Positions 1-13,853 of a stretch of 64,000 bases of DNA are shown here, piece by piece. Below the pieces are notes generated by a model. The model saw only the letters and a list, made by a program, of their open reading frames with translations, was not told the DNA's origin and did not search any database. Source of the DNA: Amoebophrya sp. A120 (Eukaryota; Protista; Dinoflagellata); NCBI GenBank assembly GCA_905178155.1, contig CAJINV010000017.1, positions 798,722-862,721 of the forward strand, given 5' to 3'. Each line of letters opens with the position of its first letter. Position 1 is the stretch's first letter. Position numbers and translations under genes: made by a program.

Positions 1-39
1 AGTAACCATGAGGAGAAGAACAATAAAACCACAACACCG

Positions 40-3000
40 ATGACTACTCAAAGAAGCCTGGACGCGCTCGACGCGGGACAGCTCGCTGCCAGTGCAGTCG
101 GGCATTTTCTGGAGTTCGGAAATTTTGCCCCCGAGCGCCTCTCCAGCGTCGCAGCGATGCTGTTCGCCCCCTGGGTCCAGGTCGATCATGTCTTTGTTGG
201 TACTGTTTTGCCCCTCGTATTCGGCCGGAGTGCGGTGGACGTGTTTGCGAGGGGCGTTGCGGAGGCGGGGAAGGCGGTTCTGGCGAAAGAGATGAATTCG
301 GGAGGCTTATTCACGGACAAGAAGACTCTAGGAAGGCTTGATCAGGAAGAAGGACAAGGAGGAGTCAAGAAAGCAGAAGGGGATGACATGGCTGCATATG
401 CAAAGATAGCGGCTGCCTCACCGCAGGTGGAACACCCAGCTACTGCCACCGCCCCGACCGCCCCCACCAGTGCCGATCTGGTGCAGGTGATTTTGGAAAA
501 CATAAGGAGCAAAACCCACAGCCACACCAAACTCATCCCCAAGACGCGCCGCGAGGCACTCGAGCGCCTTTGCGAGGAGAAACAGAAGCAGGATGTCGTG
601 TGGCAAAACTTTACTGGGAAGAACAGCAGTAGACCAGATGGTGGTCCTTCTACGTCTTATCGACAAGCGCACATTGAAGCGGCGGAAAACCTCCTCGCCA
701 ACCTCTCCGCCCTCGGCTTTCTCCTTGGGGATCGTGCATACCGGGATAAGCAAACGTTACCCGAACGCGAGTACAGCCAGAGCTGGAAGTTAGTCCGAGG
801 CCACTGGGTTTTACTTCTGCAAACCGTCGACCCCGACAGGGAAAACGCTCTGCTGCGGTTTTTCTTGCTGTTGTTGTTCGTCGCGAGTTACTGGTGGGCT
901 TTCGACCGATTGGATTTCGACCCCTCGAAGTTGCAGCAAAACGAGAGCCAAATTCTCCGCAACATGTTCGTCACGCTCTACGGTATGACGATGACAAAGA
1001 CCGACGAATGGACAAGCAAAATCAAGTCTACCGGACGGGAAAAGGTTTCCACAACATTTCCGGAGTCGAACGAAAAGATGAAAGCGGACCAGGGGAACCG
1101 CTTCATTTTGCACTTTGATGCAGAGAAAAGGAACGACTTTTACGCCGTGTTTCAGCTCCTGCGCACGGAGGTGGCGAGGACTGCGGAGCAACTGGATTAC
1201 ACGCTCGTGCACAACTGCTTTGTAAAGCGGGAAAAGGATCTGGCTACAACTGTTGCAGCATTAGAGAAAGAGGTGCAAGACAGAAGTGTCAAGGCCGTAG
1301 AGGTGTTGCAGGCGTGCGCTGCGAAGAACCACGAGGCAGCTCGTGCAGGAGCAGCAATGTTCATCACAGCAGAGACCGGGAACAAAGAGACAGGCAAACG
1401 GAATCATGAGTGCCATACATCAACTTCGAGCGGCCCCCTGCTTCCGGCGGGCGTCCGTGATCCAGCGCAGACGTCGAAGCAGCCCTTCACCGCGGCTGCA
1501 GCCGCTTCGTCAATAAGACTTCCTGCTTCGCTTTTGCAAGAACCTTCGTTGCCCACTACAATAGCACGACAACTACATCCACTTCTACAAGAAGAAATAG
1601 ATTCTGCGCGACGGCCATTTTCGCCCTCAGCCCCGCTAGCGTTGAACACCAGATACCTTTATCAAATGCAAAAGTGTCTGGGTCTGGAAGAATACAAACT
1701 TGCGATGCGCATTTCAGAACACAGAAAAATCTCTCATGCATCATGGGTAGCAAAAGCTGCCTTCTTTCTGTCACCAAAGTGGGGGATTTGTCATGCGGAT
1801 TCGGCATCGCGGATGCGGAAGCTTCTCGAAACCTGTAATGCTAGAGCTTCCATGCCAGACCTTCTGTGTCATGCAAAAACAGCATGACTCTTCCAGACCC
1901 AGACACTTTTACATTTGATAACCTTCCTGCTTCCGCGCCTTTTTCCAAGGAAAGACTGGAGTTTCTCCTCAACCACATGAAGAAGCGGTGGCCCGTCGAG
2001 GGCTACACGGTGCAGCAATTGGAATTGGAGCTGGTACCCGAAAAGATCCCCACGGTCAACGATGTGCGCAACATGCTGGAGTTCCTGGTGGACTGTGACC
2101 GGTCACTGCAGTACGTGAAAAACATGATTCCGGGCTGCACGAAGATCACCGACCAGGTGCGGAGATACACCAAGTACGCCGGACCTATCGCGCAGTTGTT
2201 GAGTGAGCAGATTAAACTGCGGACGGAGCACAATACCACTCTCACTTCTTCGGAGCGGTTTACCAAGATGCGCGAAGTGGGCCAAAAGATCACGGAACGG
2301 AGCGCGGAAATGCGGCAAACGAAAGAAACGGTGCTGTTCTACAGGCTCACCGACCAGCGAATCCACGAGTCCTTGCCCCTCGTGTGGAGCGACGCGGGCT
2401 TCCAGCGGAAAGAGGCGCACGAGCGGAACCTGGGCGTGTTTAAGCAGCGGTGGGACGGGAGAAAGAAACTGAAGAAAGACAACCCCTGGCAGTACCGCCT
2501 CCGCGTGTTGCGCCTCCGGCCGGACAACAGCGCGGCGACGGACTTGACCGAGGGTTTTCGATTGATTCTCGTGCAAGACCGGAAGGATGTGGAGGACGCG
2601 ATTTCTGTTTTTGAAGAAGGGGCTACGAACAATCCGGGAGGTGGAACAACGAAACTGATCAGCGGTTCCAAGAAGAACTTCAGCAACTCCAAAAGCAACT
2701 TCAATAACGCCGGAGTTCTTCTTGCAACAAACAAGCAGCCTCCTGAAATCCACGTGAAGCTGGACCGCGAGCCGGACAACCGTCCGGTAAAACAGATCGT
2801 CGTGAAGTTCACCGGCGTGGCGGCCCAAAACTGCGCGCAAATCCTCCAGGAGGACTGGAAGTATTGGGACCTGGTGTACCTCAACCACACCTGCGTCACG
2901 GACTTCGTCACCGCGGACGACTTTGAACAGACCGGGCAGCACCACTTCGTCGCCAGCGAAAATTTCTTGGAGCACGTAAACCACTTTTCCCTCCGCGAGA

Positions 3001-5818
3001 AGGAGTCCCTGCAGGCCCTGGGGTGCGACCAGTACAAGATTCGGGTGGAGCGGCGGTGGTCCGAAACCACCAATCCCATCGACATCGCCAAGCCCCTGCT
3101 GTGGCGTAGCTACCTGGAGAAAACGGCCCAGGCCCAGAACCTGAAGGGCATGGCGGACGTCGCGCAAAGCACGTGGGAAGACCTGCTCAGGAATCAGGCA
3201 CAGCTGCTGCTCCCCTGGAGAATCTCTACGGTGCAGGAAGCAGAGAAGAAGTTTGTGCTTAGCACGAAGATTCCCGAGAAGCGAAAACTGCTCGAGCAGC
3301 AGCTTGCCAACCAGCTGTCCCGGCGGAACGAGGTACTGGAGATGAGGAAAGCCGGGGTCGTAAACGACCGGAACATCATCACGAAGAATCCCTTCGACAA
3401 CCTGGATCTCCGGACCCCGGACCAGCCGCTCGGTGGTGCTTTCCTCGCGTTCGTGGCCAGCGTGCGGAGTCGTGTCTACGAGCAGGGGAACCTGAAGTAT
3501 CAAGAGTTGGTGTTGCGCCACACGGAGAAACAGGTCACCCTACGGCTGTACGGACGAAAGCTGATCGAGAAAATCCCGACGGAAAATAAGCAGAAGGTTC
3601 AGAACACCATGGTGCGCATCCAGGGGGCGAAGGTGCGACTCGAAACCATTCCGCAGACCGGGACCGTGCGGCGCGAATTGAAGTTGCTCCAAGCCGATGG
3701 CGTCATTGAGTTCATCACACCAGACAGATTGAGGCACAGCAACGCCGTGGCGGGCGGCAAGATGAACACAGCGGCGGGGGAGTTTCTTTCGGCAGGAGCA
3801 GCTACGGGAGCGGAAGTAGATCAAAACGGCAGCCTCGCTAACGCAGCCGCTGCCGCATCGTCCTCTTCGAATAAACTCCAGAAGCTGCGCGCCCAGAACA
3901 CGGTCTCTTCCTTCGCGGGGGCGAGTTCGGTCTACAATCGGTCCGTCTACGGCACCACCGCCGGCGCACTGTCCGTCGCAGCGCCGACGGTGGTCCAGGG
4001 GCACCACTATGCGTCCATTGCCGACTGGCTGGACGCGCTTGAAGAACTTGGGTACTGTGTGCCGAATCCCCAAACCTCGCAGATCTGCACCACACTCTAC
4101 ACAAAGCACACCATGCTGGACCACAAGCTGGCGCCGGAAGCAGACTCCAAGCTGTTCGCGAAAAACAAGTTCATTGACGCCAACGACCTGCGCACCTACA
4201 ACGACACCCTGCTTGGCGACGCACAGGACCAGAAGCGGCGGAATCTGCAAAATCCGAACTTCACGGAGGACAATTTGAAGCAGCTGGTCTTCTCCGAAGA
4301 CCAACAGCGGGAGTTTGCGAACGTCGAGCGGCTACGAAGCAGCATGCGCCAGGTCGGTGCGCCGCTCGTGCGGGATGAAGGTAAAGTTGCGGAGGTCACG
4401 GATGCGCACCGGGAGTTCTGGGCGGAAACTGGACTGGTGCCGAACGATTTTGGGGTCGTGGCGCCGGCGGGGGGAGTGGGTCCTCGTGATGGGAAAACTT
4501 TTCTCTCTACTTCGGATGGAGGAGACTCCTGCTCCGCAGCAGGGGGCTCGCGTTCGTCCAGGGAGCAGCTTGACAAGCAAGCCAGCTACGTGACTCTTCG
4601 CGGATATCGGAAGTTGAACCTCCAAAAGCAAACGACCCAAACAGAAAACAAATGCCACTCTTTCATATGCAGAAAGCGTTCTTTGCATTTGCTGTTCACA
4701 ACAGATGAAAACGAGTGCTTGGCTTTTCTATTTCGACATAGAAGCCTTTGCCGACGGCATGACCGAGTTCATCAGAAAAAGACTACACACAAAACGAAGA
4801 CTAGAGGTCTTGTTTTCCGACTTGATGTGGTGTCGCTGCGCTGCTTACTTTTGCATCCGGGGCAGAACCTCCACAGAGCGCAAGGGCAGAAGGAATTTGG
4901 CTTCGACAGTATGGCGTGCTGCTGGGGTTCTGCGATTTCACCTGTTGTATAATGCGAATGACAGGAGCTCGAGGGCCTTGTCTTGCATCAACAGTAAGAG
5001 CAAGCTGCGTGCCAGTGTTTTGATAAAAGAAAGAGCGCTCCTACAGACCGTGGTTAACAACATTGCAAATTCTCCAATTGTGTACTATTCATAGAATCAA
5101 TGCGGTCAACGAAACAGATGAGGTGACAGAAGTGCCTGAGCAGCCCATAAGAATTCTTTTTGAAAAGCGGAAACAAGAGCGCGAGATGGGCTTGCAGAAA
5201 TACGAGAAAAAACTGGAAGAGGCCTTACGGCAGGCGCACTTTCAAGATCTAGCCGCACATCGGGCGGAGGGTGCCTCTAAAAATCAAGCCATGAGTCAGC
5301 CGGTCACTGCCACCCGACCTGCGGCAGGGCTCCTGATGGGTGAAGGACAGATGTTGAAACTACAGCAGGGGAAAATAAACGGCAAGACCTGTCAGCGTGA
5401 TAACAACCAGCTTCCACAAGTGCGCACTTCTGAAAACAACACGAATGCCAACCATGCAGCCCCGACGACAAGAAAAGCGAATGCTGTGACAAACAACAAC
5501 GCGAGCGGTGGCGGAACGGGGACTGCGATGGGCGCTGCTACATCTACTCTTTGGAAAACGAAACTGCCTGTCTCGGCCCCTTCGCAAATGATGCGCGTGA
5601 ATCAGGCGGCAAATAGCCAGAATTTTGTCGGTATTGATGCCTTGCAGGCCTCGAATTTGAAGCTGGTGACTGCGCCAACCCCGGTCGATAGCTCTCCTCA
5701 ACTGCAGGATGAGAAGGACACCGGACAAGAAGGCGCAGATGAACTGCATCGCGAGGTGATCGATTTGGTCTCGGAATCTAGTGCCGGCGGCAATTCACAG
5801 GTGGAAGAAAATCCGTAA
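40..5818 (+). CDS. Large hypothetical protein (multi-exon; joins ORFs 40..1887, 1866..4952, 5063..5818)
   Basis: Removing the TIR element at 1660-1920 plus one TSD copy fuses the first two ORFs in frame (...LNTRYL|PASAPFSKERLEF...). Codons are GC3-rich. Exon structure between ~4610 and 5094 is unresolved (candidate acceptor ttcatag at 5094). No recognisable domain; C-terminal SIM-like EVIDLVSES. Confidence 0.6.
1660..1920. mobile_element. Introner element IE1 (TIR family A), 261 bp
   Basis: 31-bp TIR tatcaaatgcaaaagtgtctgggtctggaag (1660-1690) vs 1890-1920 with 1 mismatch; TSD acctt at 1655-1659 and 1921-1925; excision restores frame; no GT-AG. Confidence 0.93.
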
Positions 5819-7138
5819 GCGAATCAGTAGGTGGAGATCAAATTTTTACCCTTGACGCCGAGAATTGCAGATGCATGGTGAAAAAAAGATAGAGATTTTT
5901 GCAGCAAGTGCTTTCTAGTATCCCGTCCGTGGTGGACCCGTACTGCATGTACTTACGTACTACCTTCCCCAAAAAATGAATGAAAAATCGGTTCTATTAT
6001 TCTGCTGACCGTGATAAGGATTAGAATTAGTATACTGGTAGTTTATGAAAAACAAAATGGTTCGTTCTTCTTCTTATGCTTTTATATCTGAGTCTGTGCG
6101 TCGTTCTGCGACGCGTGAAGTACTTATTCAAATTTTCTTGGAGTAGAGACTGTTGTATTGCGCGCCTCAGGTATTTCCACCAAGCGCCTGGCGCGTGAGC
6201 TCTTCTGCAGAAGCAGAAGTTCGAGTTTGGCTTTGAAGATTTTTATAGTATAATTCGTCGCCCGAACAACATGATGCATGTTCCTGACGTCGAGCTTAAC
6301 ATGATCCAATTTCATGTTTCGTTCGTAGATCGTTGACGTTTTCGGTTTTTCTTTTCCTTTTCGTCCTGCCTAAATCTAAAAAGTCTTTATTTGCCTCCAA
6401 TCCGTGGTCCGCTTGTGAAGGTCGAGCGTGTTTCATTCAGTCGTGCGTTGGTTGTCGTTCAAGACGTATTCTTCGTCATCGTACAAAAAAAATATTTTCC
6501 CATAATACGAACTACGGCAACTCTTTGGTTCGTACGATTCACAAAAAACCCCGACGTTCGGATGGGTACGAAAACGATGGGTAGTCAGGAATTACTTCCA
6601 TCGCCAAGAACATGTAATATCTTCTTCAAGTCGACGACGTCTTGAAACCAAAACCATTCCAGTATCGGTCGTACTCCTGTCACTTCGTACATCAGAACAT
6701 CACAAGGTTGATGAACAAAGCCATCGATAACGATGAGGCGGTCGTACCAACAAGTCCACTCGACGTGTGCAATTTTTGGTTGAAGATGCTAGAAGAAGCT
6801 GTGGTAGATAGGATTACTAGGATGAATTGAGATTCACTAGAAACCTCTTGTCTGTCATCTGAGGCTCCTCCATCATTTTTCTGACAACCACACCAGCAGT
6901 TTCCACAAACCCCGTTGCTCACAAACTACCATTTCGAGTTTCCTAATCACATATTTCGGAATTGAAGCATATGCATTTCAAGTAAACAAAACCCGATTGA
7001 CGCAAAAGCAAAAATAACTCGAAGGTCTTGTGTGTGTACGCATCTTGCTTCTATCATAACTTCTTGAAGAATCGCACACTTCTTACTCTCACTTCGCCAC
7101 GCGCTTCTCGTTCCTTCTCCTGAGCACGAGGCATCAAG

Positions 7139-7399
7139 ATGTCAAGTGGTCGGCGGGGTCACCATCCGATGATACCCCCACCGGGGTACCGCTTTGTCCC
7201 GAAGCAGCAGCACGTGTGCGGCCAGGCGGGCTGTTTCGAGTGCTACGACATCTGGTGCGAGCGCTGCGAGTCCAAGGATCGGCGGATTCTGGAGTTGGAA
7301 ATGCGCAACAATGAACTCGTCAAGCACATTACGCTGCTGCAAGCCAAACTGTTTCCGAGGGGTGGTAGTCCCGGAGCGAACCAAGGTACTACTGGGTGA
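7139..7399 (+). CDS. Small protein (86 aa) with Cys/His cluster and short coiled coil
   Basis: Single GC3-rich ORF in AT-richer flanks; HVCGQAGCFECYDIWCERC followed by heptad-like RILELEMRNNELVKHITLLQAKL. Confidence 0.6.
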   Translation: MSSGRRGHHPMIPPPGYRFVPKQQHVCGQAGCFECYDIWCERCESKDRRILELEMRNNELVKHITLLQAKLFPRGGSPGANQGTTG

Positions 7400-8807
7400 C
7401 TTTAACTGTAGTGAATCCTTGTAGCTAGAGTAGAAACACAAACAGTAAAAGAAGGTAAAAAAAATGCGGTCTGCATCAAGCCCAGCTCAGTGCAGCCGGC
7501 TGCTTCAAGATCATCAGAATCAAAGTTTTCATGAAAAAACAGGTTTGATGGGCCAAGTGCAGTCACCGGTAATGTTCGACCCAAGCAGACAAGCCGACTA
7601 CACCGCTGTGACGACGTTTCAACAAGCGGGACGATAAATGTTTGCAATTTGACTCCGAACGTTGGATTGTTGCTACCCCAAGAAATTCAGTAGTTAGCTC
7701 TTCATATATGGATGTAGATTCGCAATCTGTATTATTTCCCAAGTAAGTGAGTAAGTATTTCTATTTTCTTTTTTGTTTTTCCTGTAGTGGTTTGGGCAAG
7801 CACGACAATATACTGTGTCCACGCTTAGCACCATTTTTCCTTACCATTCCTGGTTTTTTTGCAACATGAGATGGTTCCACTTCAGTTGAATCTTCTACCC
7901 TAAGAAAGGTTGGCCTTGATGTCCCGCTCCCGGTTTGTTTCTGCTACCATGCTTACTACGCGAGTGATGGTGCATAGTTTAAAAAGTAACATGACGAAGC
8001 TCTCCGATCATTTTTTCGCTCTCTAGTTGCAGCGAGCTGAAGCTGCAAGATTAGCACGCGTCTGGCCATTGTGACAAGACCAAGATTTTCTCGCGCATGT
8101 TTGTTGGTTGCGGCTCAGCATTATTAAGAGTCCAAAAAAAATAAATATCGCTCGTCAACACAGAGGCTGTAGTTGCGAAGCACCAGCGCTGGATTGAGCT
8201 TGTGCGATAGTACTTCGCTGACTTTCTGATGCAGTGGCTTCCACACTGGCGTCACCACCTGTTCTCGTGTCCTACCTCCCCGAAGGCGAAGAAGCAGCTG
8301 GCCCTTTTTGGTGGATGAATCCTAGTCGTGATTTTTACGGTGGCAGGCACAAGACAACGAACTGTTGTGGTGCACCAGAATATGCCGAAGAGGTCATGAT
8401 TCTGATTGTTCTTTGAATAGCCAGGAGGGCCACGGAACAAGGTTTTTTGTTTCTTCAAGGTGAGCACCAATGCCACGATGCGAAACTCCAAGTTGATGGA
8501 TTCGTTTACTATTTTGCTGTTCAAGTAGGTCATCCCGTCCTGCTTAACCTTAAGTCAATGTGTCGTTGACCACCAGGCTTCTGCAATCAACGTCGAAGTT
8601 TCTGCCTCAGCCACTTTTAATGGTCGAGGTGGTTTATCTCGTGATAACTCGTGACTTTGAAACCCACCCCGTGTGGTAACAGTCGCGGCTGCTTTCATAT
8701 AAGACTAAACCAAAAAACGAGGAACATAGACATTGGTATACGTTCATTCACCGCATCAGGTTATTTTCGACTGAACAAAACTTATCAAAAGTACTTACAA
8801 AAAAAAC

Positions 8808-11800
8808 ATGAACGCTGACACGGACGAGGAGCAGCCGGACCAGGCTTCGCTCTGCAGCATTTGCACCGAGTCCCTCCTTCCGACGGAGGGCGCGAAGACA
8901 TGCTCGCTCCGGGTGTGCGCGCAGTGCGGCTACGTGTTCCACATGACGTGCCTGGAGAAGTGGAAATCGCAGATGCTGAAGAACAAAAAGGACCCCTCCT
9001 GCCCGAACTGCCGAACCGAGTTCATCGGTAAGAAGGCCGGGCTGCCCGTGCACTGCATTCCGGTGGACGGAAAGTGCGCGCAGGGCGATTTGTCAGTGGA
9101 GGAGGAGTACGCGTTGGAAAACCAAAAATATCGTACTTAGTAAAGAATAAGTTGCACGACAAAATTCGTATAAGTACGGGGAAGTTTATGCTTAATGGAA
9201 TTTGTCATTCTGATGCACCTAGGAAACGAGATTTCCCATGCATCATTGCAATTTATTACTACGTTTGCGAGAAGTACGATACTTGTGCAATGCATAGGGA
9301 GTACCGGCAGCTCCTTCTGGACGACCCGCGGCTGCGCAGCTCGGAGGGCCACGCGGAACTGGTAAAGAAGGAGCAGGAGGCGCGCGCGGAGCTGCAGGCC
9401 TCGGAGTCCGCCATGCACCGCGCGCAGGAGGAGCGGGACCAGGAGAAAGCGGCCCTGTTGGAGCTGGAGGACAAGGTGGAGCAGACGGAAAAGCTGCTGA
9501 AGCAAACGGAGAAAAAAGAGAAGAAGCTTCTGGAGGAAAACGCCAAGAAGGACGTGCGCGACGTGAAAAAGCTGCAAGAGGACTTCAAGGTTCCCGACCC
9601 GGTTTTGAAGTGCCTCTTGCAAACCAGGATGTGCCTCCAGGCGGGCCACCACAAGTGCTGGAGCAAACCTCCTCCCGCGGACGAGCAGCACGGGGGACAA
9701 GGAGCAAACCCTGCGGCGGGAACCGAAGATGTTGAAGGAGATGGGGAAGGAATAAACACAGCATCTTCAAAGCCGCCAGAGCTGATCGTGCTAGAATCGG
9801 AGGAGATCGACGATTTTGCGAGCTGCCGGAAAACCGCGCGGGTCATCGACCTGGACGAAGGCGCCTCGGATGAGGAGAGGCAGAGGGAAAAACAAGATAA
9901 ACAAGGAGCAGCGCAAAAGCGAAGCGGTTCAGAAAGGAACAAGGACGACACGACAATTGGGGCCGGCGGTTGTACGAAAAGTGCAAGCACATCAAGGCCG
10001 GCAGCTGGATCCTCTTCATCTTCCTCGAGTGCTCCTGGAATAAATCAGACGAACACGGCGAATGCAGCTAGTAGTACTGGTGCGTCGACTTTGGGTGGAA
10101 CCGGCGCTACTTCGTCCAGCTCGAGCAGGCCTGCGGTAATGCAGCACGAAGAACTTCTACAGCCCGCGCCAGATACTAACCAGAATATCGTTAATAAAAC
10201 AGCCGTCCCGCCGCACGCACAGCCTTTTGTGCTGGACATCTCGGACTTTTACCCGTTTCGGGACCAAAGCGAATCGCTGCTGCCGGAAAAGACTAGTGGC
10301 TGGCCGCAGGCCGAGACGACGCGGTTCTACCAAGTGATGCGCAAGGACGACGACGAGCGGCGACGGGTGCGCCGCGAACTGACCGCGGGAAGGAAGCGAT
10401 ACAACTTCAAGCGCAAGCGGGCCGCAGAGCACGAACAAGAGTGCATCGGCGTGGAGAACGAGATCGCGGCGCTCGAGGCGGAGCTCGGCAAACTGGACGA
10501 CGAGTTGTGCGTTACGAAGTATGAGAAGGAGCTCGCGAGCAAAAACGTGGACCCCGACCGCGGGCCTGCCCGCGAGGCGGAGAAGCTCTTCTCGCCCTCG
10601 CCCGCGCCACGGGTGAGGAAGCAGGAGAAAAGGCAATTATTGGGAGCGGCGGGCATCACTACAGGAGCAGGTGTAGGTACAAGTCAAGTCAGGAACAGAG
10701 AATTGAAAGCCGTTCCCTCGTCCCCCCTGGAGCTGCCGTCCTCCTCCTCGCGAGGCTTTGTCGGCGGAACAAAGACGGGTGTTCGTGGCGAAAGTGATCT
10801 GCTCCGAGGGCCACAGCTGCAAGATGAACCTCAGGCGAAACGGAGAAAAATTTTGCAGGACGCGGTCACCTCCACTGGGACAAGTGGCAATGCTGTAGGG
10901 TCGAACTCCAACTCGTCAAGCAGAAAAAGAGATGCCGCCGGTCTAATTGTAATTGACGAAACTGCAAGTAGGGACGCAATGGTAATGGATGTTGCTAAGA
11001 GCAGGGAGCGAAAAGTACGCCCTCCAGCAGGGCTAAGGAGCAGGTGGGCGCATTCTCGCCCACCTGCTCCTGCTGCTGTTGACGAAAACCACTTTGGTCT
11101 TCACCAGAGCCTCCTGCCAAACGACCCCCGGCCCGATGATGCGACTGTGGGTGTGGTGGAGATAAAAGAGGCTGTGACCGCTACGAGAAGTGCCGCAAAT
11201 TATGCCGAGCAAACCGATCATGACGCCTCGAGCAATCCTCCGTTTGAGGCAATGAATTCAAATGAACCTGCTCCGTCGGGGGCACCATCAAGTCGCAAGG
11301 GTCCTGCAATGTCGACGTCTTTGGCCACAGGCGTTGACGATGTGCACCCCTCTATCTTCACGGGAGCTGCCCCAACATCGTCGTCAGCCGGTGGCAACAA
11401 ACAGATCGAGAATGTGACAAGCCCTGGCCTAAGCCATGGTCTTGAACGACAGCACCACAGAAACAAAACAGGAACCGATGAAGCAGGGCTCTTTGACGGT
11501 CCGGAGAAGGCAGTGCCCAGCCCCGTGAGGTCGATCGCTGGTCGATCTGCTCCCGCCGCGAAGGGCCCTGAACTGGAGCACTTGAAGAGACAGAAGGTCA
11601 TGAGTTCTTCGTCTACCTCCTCGGCCGCCGCGCCTCAAGATAAGCTCCAGGGGCTTCCCTCCACTTCGGCAGCAGCGTCATCGGCAATGGCCCCTCCGGT
11701 ACTTGAACTTGGAGACAAAAAGCGCCCTGTTGTTCATCTGGAGGCCGCCGCGAATTCAACAGACGGCAAGGGCGGCTTACCACCTGTACTAACAGGACCA

Positions 11801-12536
11801 CAACCGGGAACATCGAGAACCGGCAGCGCTTTAGTACGTGGTGCTGCCAGCAGTGAGATCCTGCCGTCGTCAACATCATCATCCTCGATGAATACTACGG
11901 CCAGTACTCGGGGCACCAACAAAGGGAAGAACAAAATGAAAAGACCGGCTGAAAACTACAGCAGCGACGAGGAGAAAAACCAAAGCCAAAAGCCCGGGAT
12001 GTTGGGAGCAGCCACTTCCAGAGGCGGCAAGAAGGGCAGCGCCGGCACCTTTCGGCCGCGAGTAAATCTGAACCTGCTCGGAGGAACTACCGGGGTCGGC
12101 AGTGGTCGGGGGAACTACAATTCCGGAGGTGCTCAATCCGCAGCTGCTGTATGGTTGTACACGGAAAAGTGGCGGTGTTTTGTAGCAATGCGATTCATGA
12201 TCATGATGATCTTCTTCATTCGCATGAAACTGAAACTGAGTTGCAGATCGCATACAGGGGACAACTACAGAAGATGATATTTGTGCATGATGGAAAATGA
12301 CTCCGCATTGCGCACAAGGATCCATTACCACTTTTCCACTGGATGCTGCTCAGGGACGAATCCGGCCGCGAAACGAAGTGCGGTGCCCAAATTCGCCCGG
12401 CACATTCAATGAACATCAACACTCTCTGTCAGTTTACTTATTTCGTTCCTCTAGAGCGACCACAGTTTGTCTCCAAGTCCAAGCACAGTCTCCGGGATCA
12501 TTCCCTGTTTACGCATTCTGCAGCAAGATACTGTAA
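8808..12536 (+). CDS. C4HC3-type RING finger / coiled-coil protein with long disordered tail (putative E3 ubiquitin ligase)
   Basis: CSIC...CAQCGYVFHMTC..W...CPNCR in exon 1; intron 9107-9297 (GT-AG, 191 nt) joins it in frame to ORF 9074..12277. The last exon after the element at 12150-12343 and the stop position are uncertain. Confidence 0.75.
9108..9296. mobile_element. Introner element IE2, 189 bp
   Basis: Ends tacgcgttgg... and ...tgcaatgcata; inner IR tatcgtactt/aagtacgata; TSD aggag (9103-9107)/gggag (9297-9301); right end nearly identical to that of IE6. Confidence 0.8.
12150..12343. mobile_element. Decayed introner element IE3, 194 bp
   Basis: TSD tgctg (12145-12149; 12344-12348); starts TAT; IR ggaaaagtgg (12163-12172)/ccacttttcc (12328-12337); right terminus lacks ATA. 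Confidence 0.6.
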
Positions 12537-13853
12537 TAATCAGAACCCCAAAATGAATCACGCCAAACATACAGGTGTGCATGAGCAGTTTTACCATTAC
12601 GGCAAAGAGAAACGAACCCAACATGTTGAGCGCATTTTGCTTGTATTTTGCTCGGACCTTCACGCACTGGGTCTCAGACACAGTGCGAAAAGCTACTACA
12701 AAAGAGAACGCAATTGTCTGCAGTTCCATTTTCTTCATCTTCACTTCGCTGCACCAGTGGCAGTGATTATGATTTTTTTTACGTCGGTGTGCGTTATTCT
12801 TGTTGTGCAGTTGTCTATTGTTTAGTGACCTTGCTTCGTTTTTCTGTAGTATCGTCCATTGGCCCGTAATACAATGCTACCGTCGGTTTCGATTTCCAGT
12901 AGGTTTTCTGCCTAGTGTCGGTCTCGGTGAGTTCACCAGGACGAAGTAGTTCGTGCGTTCCTGTGAATCAATCGTTTACGCGTTCGTCCACTCTGAACGT
13001 TCCGTTCGTTCGTTTCGCGAATGGTGTTACACATCTGGTCGGTTGACAACTGAGAGGCTCTAGCAATCAAAGAAATTGAAATTCAAATTGGCATATCTGT
13101 ACATATTTTTTTCTTTCTGTGTCGTCCGTGCTTTGGTTTTGCGTAGTCGTACAAGACAAGAACCGTACTGGTAAGGCCGACTGCTGACGCGGCCAGTACC
13201 ACCAAGACTAGTAAGTGTTATTGTCGTAGTCTTCGACTTCGTCAGCGAGAATTTGAAAGCGTTCTAACCTTCACAGCGTCACCACCCGTTGTCACACTAG
13301 AGAAACGAAACGGATTTAGAATTTACTAAATGGCGTTGGTTTGTGTTGCAGTAGTTGTATACCAATTACGTTGTTGACATCGGTAAATTCCAATTTTCTG
13401 TAGTACGTTGTGAAATTATTTCCGAATTTAAAAAACACATTTAGAACAGCACCAAAAACAAAAACTACAATCCGAGTCATTTTGCTAAAGACGATATCCT
13501 CTTCATCAATATCCGAAGCCTAAGAAGCTGAAGTCGTACTTTACTTCCCAAAAGTGAGTACTACATACAGCTCGTGCTTAGAGTTTTGACGAAAGAACGA
13601 AACACGAAGACAAATATCTAGGTACGCGGCTAGATAAAAAGAACAACTTTATTTCTGCGGCCGAACCACAAGTTTGAAATTGAAACTCAAGCTCAACACT
13701 TGAAGGCGACCCCGAAAAAGCAAGAAGAAGGCAATCGGAGCGAGAAGTTTTTCCTGCGGACGGCAGACCGTTGCAGAAACGAGCTGAACCAAAAATCTTC
13801 AGGGGTAAGAAAGTACTACAACGCCAAACAGTAACAGCTGCAGCAGGTTCGTC

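Noticed and set aside
2103-3521. 472-aa minus-strand ORF
   Set aside because: Antisense shadow of a GC3-rich plus-strand exon.
12940-13020. TTCG/CGTT-rich patches in intergenic DNA (also ~58110-58150, ~63725-63760)
   Set aside because: Low-complexity; no fixed position relative to gene starts that I could establish.
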